Position numbers and translations under genes: made by a program. From assembly GCA_026413945.1 (NCBI GenBank), contig JAOAJX010000006.1, positions 13,577 to 77,576 of the forward strand: 64,000 bases of DNA, written 5' to 3'. Shown here in pieces: positions 47,401 through 55,900 of the stretch; position 1 is the stretch's first letter, and each line of letters begins with the position of its first letter. A model generated the notes under the pieces. That model saw only the letters and a list, made by a program, of their open reading frames with translations, searched no databases and was not told the origin of the DNA. The stretch is from Candidatus Iainarchaeum sp. Its GTDB lineage: Archaea > Iainarchaeota > Iainarchaeia > Iainarchaeales > DTGL01.

Positions 47401-49934
47401 ATGAGGAAGGTATGATAAGAAAGGTTGTCGCTGCCAATTCTTCACCAGGCTTTGCAATTGGCTTATTTAGCTTGGAAAGCATCACAAACATCTTTAAAGG
47501 AAATATAGACATTTTGGGAAGTTTGCTGAAGATTGATGATCCATGGACTGGGGCATTGATTGGCTTTATAGCTGGCACACTATACACTTACTGGCAGCAG
47601 AGCCAAAATGTTGGCGTGCTCCAGATTCCTGTTGCTGTAAGAGACCTAAACATATTGGAATTAAAGCTTCTAATACAAAAAGGTCTTGAAGAAGAGATTG
47701 AAAACAAGATCATCGTGGAAAAGGGCAAAGCCAAGATTGAAAACCCACCAGAAAAGCCATTGGGCATTGAGAAGATTGAAATTGTGTTCAAAAACAATGG
47801 CATAAAGCAAGAAGATATATACAAGCCAATATACCGCATACTAAAAGTGAATGGAAGCAAAATGGAATATCAGACTGACTACAATACAAAGAAAAAGAAA
47901 GATGCTGAGGCAATGAAGAAAATGGAGCCATCAGTGATTGGCAGCGAAGAGTATATACAGAAATTCCATCTGCAGTTCAATTCGTACAAGGCAAAACCAA
48001 CCAAACCGGAAGTGAGACCTGAAGTAAGCTGCAAAGTTGGTGGTCTCATTGGCTCAACAGGGAAAGAAGCATTGCCAAAGATTAAGCTTTCATGGAACTG
48101 GAATGATATTGCAATTAATGAATGTGATGAAAGCGGAATCGGCAATTACTGCGATGCAACACAATTTAGCATAGAATTACTTAAGAAGTTAAAAAGAATT
48201 GACGAACTGCTCAGAGGCCAGAAATTAAAGTGCCCTTCGGCTGAAGGCATACTTAGTGAAAAAACACAGGAATTGGATAATCTTAAGTTGGACGTCGCAG
48301 TTACAAAAATAAGAGTTGAAAAAAGTGGATTTAATGCAACAGTTATTGGAACCATAGCAAGCAATAACAAGCAAGAGATGACAGTAAATGCATTTTTGTC
48401 TGTTTCCAAAGGTGGAAATACAATAAACTGCCCAGAAGGTGAAAAAGCAGTAAAGGTTATTGACAAAACCGAAGTAACATGCGTCTTTAACAACCTAGAA
48501 GAAGGCCTTTATGATGCTATGGTCAGGATAAGCCCTCAGCTAACAACATGTAGTGGGTCATGCAAAAACGAAAATTTAGGCAATGACACTATAAGCACAA
48601 AGTTCGCTGTTGGCACAACAGCAGGGATATTTGAAAAATGTGAGCCATACAGTACTGAACGCCTCCCAGATTTTATAGCAGCAAACCCAAACAATGCAAG
48701 TCTTAAAGAAGCATTATCACTTACAAACTTCAACGCATACCTTATGCAAGATGGTTACACCTTGGACTTCAGAAAGGATTTCCATGAGTTCTCAGAAACT
48801 AAAGATTTCTTCAGCACCCCTTCTTGGTACAAAGGAGACATCGGCATAGGCAAGTATTTCTCAAGTGCAGCGCTCTTTGAATTTAAATCTCCATTCCTGA
48901 GACCTGAGTCAGGCTACCTACCAGCAGGCAAGTACAATGTTAGGATAAAAATTGATTATAATAATGGATCTTGGTGCTTGTTTGAAGGCACAATTCCAAA
49001 TGCAAGAATAGAAGTAATTTTTGAGCGTTTAGATACGCCCGATCCAGATTCTGTGTTTTATTATATGCCATTTAACGGTCTTGTTGGTGTTGATAGCCAA
49101 AACGGGCGGCAGGGCTATGGAATAAACTTCAGGCAAAAATCAGAGGAAACCATAAAAATAAATGAAGATGTGAAACAGCCAATAAGAACTACCACAATTG
49201 CAAACTCAATACCAATACCAAATGGCTGGGTTGAAGCCCGCGTTGTTAAGGATTTCAAAACATTGCATGGTGATACGCCTGGTGTTGTGCTCGAAATTGA
49301 AAAAAGCACAGCTGGCTTGAATATGGTATATAGCCCAAGTGTAGCCACACCGCTTTTGCTAAAAGTTAGTGGTGGTGAGAGAAAGAACGCTTATGCATTT
49401 TACCAGCTAACAATAAACAACAGACCACAGGAAGCCTCAAGTAGCTTGTTCTCATGGAGTGGCCTTGTAAAAGGCTGTAAGGACTTCACTGATGCTGAAG
49501 TTACAGAAGCATTTAACTACAGGCGTGATATACGCGGAGGTGTTGGCAAAACTCAATGTGCAGGCAGCTTTTCAACACATCAGTATGGCGTAGAGTGGTG
49601 CAACATTAAGAGGCAAGGAGATGTATTCCTGAAAACAATTCTATTCACACCACAAGAGAGTGTAGCTTTGCTCGAAATTGTAAGCTCTTCCGACAAAGCA
49701 GTGTTCATAAGCCCAAAAGGCACTGGCAATCGCATAGAAACCGGTGGCATCGAAGGTGCAACAATTACATCTGTAGAGAAAATACTTAAGCTTGTGGAAG
49801 AGAAGAAAGTGTGTGTTGCCGGCCTTGGAAGCAATAGCAGGGCAACATTCTTCTGGAATCAGCAACAGCTTATAGATGCTGCATTTAAAAACACGATAGA
49901 AAGCATACCTTCACAATGCATAAAAAGTAGCTGA
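41454..49934 (+). CDS. Giant (2826 aa) type-II membrane surface protein, paralogue C. It contains two families of Cys-rich tandem modules.
   Basis: It has an N-terminal TM FILFIILLFVLLAALVLFLI. Shared modules are AKWVNLEWT, ELYAKTYERIYNVGEEKLCTDKWC and PKIKLSWNWNDIAINECDESGIGNYCDATQFS. Cys-rich repeats lie at about 45890-47400. Confidence 0.85.
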   Translation: MGIMSSLREFYYHLEDRYYEVIDKISTKIPINKLTDAIDKVFPSFILFIILLFVLLAALVLFLIPSVVIPKDVALNVFVQYQDRFGAKRPLEGAKIEIIVGEKVHRITTSENGKIQPIILKPKSEVILRVSKDGFKPNPAEKSITMEDENAQVSFLLTEIIKTQSISFKIIDENTKSPIVKRVSLSFECSNKKANPPKAAEKYTDYSGSIQIDDVEIDCLPLLVTVNAQEYETAENVSVRDGTTIALRKVVELKPVEQKGRLIVNVTFRGELPEENIIVDLEKDTGAAPIFMESGVTSSGQVVFEVLPGKYRVRTKATANYSVAESQFINVGANENRSISLEIQKIIIGSIKIQVFDKDNSKPLANARVTLIKDNTQFACADTNAEGRADFHLSKDENFLLVVDHPDYCVYRLRDVRKSDSILRIGLVKYTQDCGGSISVKVIDFEKRAISGAKVAAFDENGSSLGLKELITDINGIAVFKGFYLGRYKFFAYKGFGSSWSDIIEFSPRLGTEHEAVIVLSIPKATLKLKVTNDGGEGLPFSDVIVKDAYTDKVIKGPLKIENIGGDIDINIDAGFSFYLYINNPDYAPYISERIVLKPEEQRQMHVKLEPKRISGEIAIEFLGLFKDGQNAVVLAAGKEYMAKFKVSVPESAQYDKFGVHLRVGKYNIMEKDFLFIKEIYAGGNPKIIRGISYSPEQGMGHDFSLLSTESAKWVNLEWTRLSGGTIYVYAKVKVKESASSEELKVMWRAWGLRKGLMVRDPEDMALGNAMSDAELYAKTYERIYNVGEEKLCTDKWCTVFKALDIEENVATYIDGSYTAKVGKPYKLYFSIANSSKFETDTFTNVKLKIFNTEKNITFGNYIVYGETVVKGSANANETPYIEVGNIKPNNEIHGEIEFSPKSGKFGSINLRLHDPTKHAHIFEETIAVSIIAARNFTIDFKVGESFQSEAPLLPSGVENTIIARIRDKQSGLEVSDAIVKVKDSTGNTIIQTFTGSLGLAEIKLPSLMPDEKLVLTAEKPDYEEARKEIRTDGNVINLEPAEIGLQLNVFTKREDSVVVRILNKTAMTLKLRAIKLSGEFYGIIDERKVRDWLVGEYVGKEIGPKGKLDIALKVSLSDYGKTINEVKNLEGLVTASVSTSSAYGHEWHADSKVKISVGIGGEVDDPSCLIASIKEWKAKTKSNEVSTDFSVKNNCTLEGKPIALKNLSAKIELKGNRLGSYYVKIGDVGIELSNAYPKILKGTLNPEETLPALLSFAPDGGIVGTAKATIIITAEHYTNKGKQTLSTSIETEIEMISLENCIRYDKSLIRIVDHNSATLKIETKGCKVPIDFMLDTKIAVSEKEFNMKADDNKELIVMPSQEDIPGQYPIYVMVKSANDSEYSFNKLIRVIIEPKGCLKLNRYEFDIYDDANNPYDGFDTALLMNECYKRTEKISISYDERDWWEAIKTGAVWGLVGFVYGGVRSLAAGKTFFGTERPSNVCSKAGYKYCGTKNLCKDERVVVVNNVTCCASECITEETGLHKDICSKKGYNYCGAGNCDLTQGKETVVDGVVCCTGKCKTGTIEKPENICKSAGKYFCKTDEICPDAAYVVVGDVTCCGKPCAKGQIAKPPITQPTTATVKPPSGQKTDEELCKEYYPNSRKITSQEECHPNCTFSRQTAERLVKCCKNDCTGTEKPPTDGTTEGGKPPSETGAPIEGPTIPDCYNTELECAAKAWKKTTLLTGGCDCYAAINCIYDEFGKCYRFGYCNNSKCTTQGTTGPSEPVEGECKIEGYFCKGTVMYWRDSCGNEGIQMDCAESGAICEAGNCVLQEGCKLEGYFCQGTVLHWKDSCGNTGVERDCADAGGICQNGNCVAAESGCQRIGYFCQGTVLHWKDSCGNTGVERDCADAGGICQNGNCVAAEGSSSGTTQPPSGDVCIGCHETLSKCQKANGAGIARICDCELAVTCEYVPSCSVATPCYRFKSCNNSFCSLGSSGRKMNEEGMIRKVVAANSSPGFAIGLFSLESITNIFKGNIDILGSLLKIDDPWTGALIGFIAGTLYTYWQQSQNVGVLQIPVAVRDLNILELKLLIQKGLEEEIENKIIVEKGKAKIENPPEKPLGIEKIEIVFKNNGIKQEDIYKPIYRILKVNGSKMEYQTDYNTKKKKDAEAMKKMEPSVIGSEEYIQKFHLQFNSYKAKPTKPEVRPEVSCKVGGLIGSTGKEALPKIKLSWNWNDIAINECDESGIGNYCDATQFSIELLKKLKRIDELLRGQKLKCPSAEGILSEKTQELDNLKLDVAVTKIRVEKSGFNATVIGTIASNNKQEMTVNAFLSVSKGGNTINCPEGEKAVKVIDKTEVTCVFNNLEEGLYDAMVRISPQLTTCSGSCKNENLGNDTISTKFAVGTTAGIFEKCEPYSTERLPDFIAANPNNASLKEALSLTNFNAYLMQDGYTLDFRKDFHEFSETKDFFSTPSWYKGDIGIGKYFSSAALFEFKSPFLRPESGYLPAGKYNVRIKIDYNNGSWCLFEGTIPNARIEVIFERLDTPDPDSVFYYMPFNGLVGVDSQNGRQGYGINFRQKSEETIKINEDVKQPIRTTTIANSIPIPNGWVEARVVKDFKTLHGDTPGVVLEIEKSTAGLNMVYSPSVATPLLLKVSGGERKNAYAFYQLTINNRPQEASSSLFSWSGLVKGCKDFTDAEVTEAFNYRRDIRGGVGKTQCAGSFSTHQYGVEWCNIKRQGDVFLKTILFTPQESVALLEIVSSSDKAVFISPKGTGNRIETGGIEGATITSVEKILKLVEEKKVCVAGLGSNSRATFFWNQQQLIDAAFKNTIESIPSQCIKSS
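45890..46270 (+). repeat. Three or more divergent ~45-aa Cys-rich modules (C.K.GY.YCG...C....VVV..VTCC...C) inside giant C.
   Basis: The modules are CSKAGYKYCGTKNLCKDERVVVVNNVTCCASEC, CSKKGYNYCGAGNCDLTQGKETVVDGVVCCTGKC and CKSAGKYFCKTDEICPDAAYVVVGDVTCCGKPC. Confidence 0.6.
46758..47172 (+). repeat. In-frame tandem repeat of period 138 nt (46 aa, 8 Cys per unit). The last two units are near-identical at DNA level (46896-47033 vs 47034-47171). An upstream unit at 46758-46895 is about 70% identical.
   Basis: Direct comparison of the two units shows an identical ~110-nt core (ggttacttctgtcaaggaactgttttacattggaaagatagctgtggtaatacgggtgttgagagagactgtgcagatgctggaggaatatgtcagaatgg) differing by 1 SNP plus the unit ends. 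The same duplication appears in the antisense and +2-frame track ORFs (46624-47232, 46825-47328). Confidence 0.9.
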
Positions 49935-49957
49935 CGCAATTACTAACAGGGATAGTT

Positions 49958-52900
49958 GTGGAAATCGAAGAAATTGAAGATGAGGAAAATATAATCTATA
50001 GGATAAAGGAACGTTACATCGCTTTTTGTGAAAAAAACAAAATACCAAAAGCACTTCCTATTTTAGTTGCAATAATTCTTATTTTAGCATTAGCTTATAT
50101 TCTTTTTTTTAGTGCAAATCCGCAGCCGAAGCCAAAAGAATTTAGCTTAATAGTATATTTTAGAGATGAAAAAGGTGCTCCGGTAAGCGGACTTGATGTT
50201 AATGTAACAATAAATGGTGAAAAGACACGCAGAAAAACAGACAGCAAAGGAAAAATTTCTATTACCGTGGATGAAAACAGCAATGTAAAGATTTCGTTGA
50301 GAGAAACTCTTTACCTTGATGGTGAATGGACTTTCAAAATAAGCGAGGATACTGAAAGAACAATAACATTAAAGCTAAGGGAAAAGCCACTTGAGAAGAT
50401 TATAGTTCGCTTTGAAACAAGCAAGGGGTCAACAAAAGGAAAATATGTAAAAGTGACGCTTAGCTGCTCAAATAAGGCCATTAATCAATGGGATGAGTTT
50501 GATTCGGATAAGGATGGCATTATAGAAATTACATTGCCGCTTGATTGTGGTGAAGTCAAAGTTGAAAATGCAGAGCTTGAAAACCATTTATTTGAGCGCA
50601 CATTTAAAAAGGGAAAGGACATTTTTGTGACATTTAAAGAAATAGAGATACCCAAGGGAACATTGAGGGTAAAAATAGTAGATGATAAAAAAGAGCTTAT
50701 ACTTAACAAAAACATAACAGTCAGCATTGAAAGGGATGGTGAAAGAAAAAGCTCGTTTACACAAGGTTATGGAATAGTTGAATTTTCTAATCTTATGCCT
50801 GGAAGTTACAATGTTTATGCAGTTGACCCCGAGCAAAGCTACTCTGCGTCAAATACAAATGCAATAGTCAAGGCTAATGAAACTACTGAAGTATTTTTGG
50901 CTTTGAGCAGAAACATCAGTGCGATGCTTCTCATAAGAACAATTGATATGAAAACACTTGGTGCTATCGAAGGCGCAACAGCAAAGGTTATTAAAAATGG
51001 CAACACAATGGTCGAAGAGATAACAAAAGAAAATGGCATTGCTAGGGTACCTCTTTTCGATATGGGTTCTTATGTTATAGTTGTGAAAAGAGATGGTTAT
51101 TTCCCAAAGAAGATTGACTTTAATGTTACATCAGCAAGCGAATCTGTGACTATTGAGCTCGAAAGAATTACGGAAGAAAATATGGGCAGGACTTTTGTAA
51201 AAGTTGTTGATGAGGAAGGCATGGCTGTTAAAGACGCAAAAGTGATTTTCAAATATAAGGAAACTGGCGCAATTGTTGAACTGCAATCAAAACAAAATTA
51301 CGCGCTTACAGACGAAAATGGCACAGCAGAATTTGTTCTTGGAGCCATAAATTCTGATGTTTATCCGTTTGCAATCAAGTACCCGGCTTTTGGTGGGTCG
51401 CCAGCGCAGGCAAAAAAGATAATTCCTGACGAGAACAATTACTTTGAGGTTATCCTTAAGGTTGGTAAAAGCAAAATTAAAGTAATGGCCAAAGATTCCG
51501 AGGGAAAGCCTTTGAATGAGGCATACTTTGAAGTTTTCTCATCATTTGACCATAATTCAGTAACAAAAGGAAAAATGTTGATAATTGACGGCATGACGGA
51601 ATATGAAATTAAGGCAGCCCAAAGTGTCTATGTGGTGGTAAGCAAAGAGGGATATATCAAATATAAAAGCAGAATATTGCAGCTCTGGCCAAATGAGGAA
51701 TATGAAATAAACGCTGTTTTGCTAAAAGAAGGCGAGGTTGCTAAGCCAAAAATTGAGTTTTTAGGTATTTTTGATGGAAATCTCGTTGCCTCTGCACTTA
51801 AAGCGGGCAGAACTTATGTTGTTAAGTTTAATGCCTATTTTCCTAAAGGTTCATCAAAGAATGGCTTTCACTTTAGAATTGGTGAAAACCAAGACGCTAA
51901 CTTAGAACCGGCCTTTATAAAGTTTGTGAATGCAAAAGGTGCTAAAGTAAAGATTGGGCTCACGTATAGGCCGCCAAAATCAGAGAGCATAGAAGAGCTT
52001 GCACCCACAGGAGGGAAATGGGCTTCTATAGAGTGGGATTCAAATGAAACGGGCACATACGAGTTATATTTTGAAATTAAAATTAAGGAAAATGTGAAAC
52101 CAAGGACAGTCATATTATTTTATTATAGAAGCTATGCTATTTTTGATAAGGCTGTGACAAGAGAGCCGTTTGATGAAGAGCTTGGTGAATTACTTAGCAC
52201 TCAATCTAAAGATGGCCTTTACGCTAAAGCCCACAAGTTACAATTTTATGAGGGTTCTGAGAGTGCCTGCAAAGAGCTATTTTGCATTTCTGGCTACTGG
52301 CTATATGACGCGCAAGAAGACATTTTCCTCAAGGAACCTTATTCTGTGATGCTATTTGGTGACTATAACTTTTTGTTCGATATAATTAACAATTCGCAAA
52401 ATGATTACAACAAAATAATTTTGATAGTAAAGAATACTATAAACAACAGGCAAGATAATGCTTTGGCTTTTGAAAGCTTGGTTATTTCAATACCAGCTGG
52501 TCAAAAAGAGCTTAAGCCAAAAGATAACGAATTTAAGGAAGAAGTAATGCCTTTTTCATATAGTGAGCAGCTAAAAGGCAATGTGAAGTTCAAAGGCAGG
52601 ATAGAAATAACTACGAACATAGCTGTTGAAATTGTTGCTGATCGCTACGTTGTTTTTTCAAAAAGCATTCCTGTAAAAGTATACTCTGCTGGAAAGCTCG
52701 ATGTTAACATTCAACCGAATGCCTTTTTGCCATTTGCAAGCCATGACTTAAAAATAATGGTTAGAGATCAAAGCAAAAGCCCGATTAAAGGTGCTTTGGT
52801 TACTGTTCGAAGAACACACGATGATGGTACCGATGAGACCTTGCAAGAAATCACAGATAACAATGGGCTTGTTTCATTCAAAATAAAGGAGTCGTTTCCA

Positions 52901-55900
52901 AAAACCAAAATAGAGGTTCTCGTTGAAAAAATGGGCTATGCGCCTTTCAGATGGGAAAAAAGTGTTGATGGAAATATTGCGAAAATAACACCTGAAAGCA
53001 TAAGTGTTAATCTCAATACTGATTCGAAAACCCAGGAAAAAATAATTTTGAGTATTGAAAACAGAGTCGGCTCAGATTTGTTGGTTAAAAGTGCAAGGTT
53101 TACAGGGGGCTTCAATGGCATACTTGACGAAGCCTCGATGAACGCCAACGCCACAACAATTGTTGGAAAAACTATAAAAACCAAAGACCAGCTTGACTTT
53201 GCCTTAAATTTTTTGCTTTCGCAAAATGCAGAAGATTTGATGCAAAGCAACGTAGATCTTAATGGCGCAATCGAGATAATAGTTTCAGTGCCAAGATTTG
53301 GAGCTGATTATGCCTTAGTGGTCCCTTTTAAAGCAAAAGTCTCTCTTGGTGGGCTCCCGGAAAATGCGCCTTGTATTTCTCTCTCTGGACCAAATGTGCC
53401 TGACTGGAGTGTTGCCACAATAAATGACACTGCAAGGACAGAAGTAAAAATATCAAATATTTGCATAAGCAACGGGAAGCCCATTGACCTTGAAAATTTG
53501 CAAGCAAAGCTTACATGGGCTTCAGGATCAAAAAAAGCAGGAAGTATTGAAATAAGCATAAATTCTCCTGATGGCTCAACTGTAACTAAAATACTCAAGC
53601 CTGGCATATGGACAAAATTATTTGATGGTTTTAAAAACGAGTTGAATTCTGGAACATATAATGCTGTTATAACATTCAAGCCTCTGCCAGACTATGCTGG
53701 AGAAACAGCAAGCTTTACAATTGAAATAGACGGCCAGACAAAAACAGACAAAGGCCTCGCTTTTGTAGGTTCTGATTCTAAAATAGAGGCGAAAATACTA
53801 ATAATTGATCTCAAAGGATGCATAAAGTATCCAAAAGAAAAAATAACCATAAAGCCAAACGAGAAAGAAGCAAAAATAAAAATAGATGCAAATGGCTGCA
53901 ACACGAACATATCTGTATGGCTCTGTAAGGATGATCCAAAGTGCCGCGGTGGTACCGAAGAAGGCGGCATAACTTTGATACCTTATGAAGAGCTTAAGTT
54001 TACAAAAACAGAAACATCAAAAAGTGTTACAGTATATAGGGAGCAGATTGCTGGCCAATATGGCATAACAGTCCATGCAAAAGCACCGGATATGGATTAT
54101 CAGCAAATAGGTACAATAGATGTTGTTGTTGAGCCAACAGAAAGAGAATACTTTAGCATGAGCAGATATGAGTTTACGCTAACTAATTCAACAAACTGGA
54201 AAGATTCCACAGACTTGATAAATAAAATGTGGGTTGAAGATGTAAACATAACTGCAAAGCTCTGCACAGCTTGCCAAAATCCGAAAAAGCTGCCAGATTA
54301 TTGCATAATGAACAGAGCTCTTGAAAAATCAACATTGGACAAGCCAGACTGGTGGGTAAATGTAGCAATATCATTAGGTGTAGGATTAACAGCTGGTGCT
54401 GGATGTGCTATTGCTGCTGCCGAAGCAAAAATTGTAGACCCGACAGCTTTGATAATAATAGCTGGTGCTTGCTTCCTTGGCTCAGCTCTAGCAACATATT
54501 TTACAATTTCTGGTGCAGAATGCGATGTTCAAATGGCCACATATCCTTTTATGGACTATGTTGTAAACTTACCTGACGATTTGAAAGGCCTTAAAGTAAT
54601 GGGCAAACCTTATGACGTAAATTTAGGAAGTGATGAAAGAAGCAGCTATAAGAAAAGAGAGCAGATATTGCCAATAAGCTTCGAAAATAAGGGCAAAGAT
54701 TCTTCGGACAAAAGTGGTTATGGCATACTAGAAATAAAAGCAATCGAACACATTCATGGAGATCCAACACATACAAATCCTAAGATGGAAAGAAACAAAG
54801 CTGACTTTGGATTATTCAACGTTCCAGACACTGAAACTAAAGAATACTCGCAAAAAATCCACTTAAGGTTTATCACAAATGCAAACTTTAGCGAAAAGCT
54901 TACAAAGGCAGGGGCAGAAACAAAATCATGCAGCATCGGGACAAAAAGCGGTTTTACTGGTGATGGGCTTGTTCCAAAAATAAAGCTCGATTGGAGTTGG
55001 AAAACAATTGAATGGAATTTTTGCGATGCTGACAATGAAAACGCAGCATACTGCGATGCGGTGCAGCATAGCATAGCCCTTACAAAAAGGTTAAAAATGC
55101 TTGATGACTTTTTCAAGGCAAACAATTACTCATTTGAATGCCCTGCTCACCCTAAGAATAAGGCAACACAAAGTATAATTGATAGCACTAATGAAAAGGA
55201 ATCTTCAAGGTCTGTCAGTATTGGAAAAGTTGGCGTTTCAAAAGTTGAGTATTCTGCAAACAATATCAGTTTAAGCGTTGTTTTAAGAGCAATGGTAGAA
55301 AACAAAACTGCAGATGAGCAAAGCACAAAGATAAAATTCTTGCTTAAAAACCAAGCTCTTGCAAAAGAGTGCGAAAAAGAAACTATTGTTGGCTCGAATT
55401 CGAGTGTAACGGTTGAGTGCTTATTTGAGAATTTGGTTGCTAATGATGACCCGTATTTTGGTTCTGCTGCTGCTGTTGATTCTAGCAAAGGAAATGCTGA
55501 TAAAAAAGCAGTTACTGTTGCTTTTGTACTCCAGAGCAAGAATAGCGATTGTTGGTTGCCCTATTCCACTAGAAAGATTGAAGGTAAACCTGCTTTGCTT
55601 TATTTCATAGACAGAAATATAAGAAACTGGGGCAACTATGTAAATGTAAAAGAGATAAATTGGCCAGCTGGCTGGCCTGGCTCTAATGCCCAGGAAAAGA
55701 TAGCATTCCTTGAGAAGCTTATTGAGTTCGATACATTGTTAGTAAGGGACGCATATCCTAATAGTTTGAAAAGCGATTTTGTAGAGCATTACACAAAGGA
55801 GACCTTTATGGATGTGCCAACATGGTTTAGTGGAAGCTCCGGCTTTAAAGAGTATTTCTTAGATAAAGACGCTATCGAATTTGAGACAGGTGACAGCACA

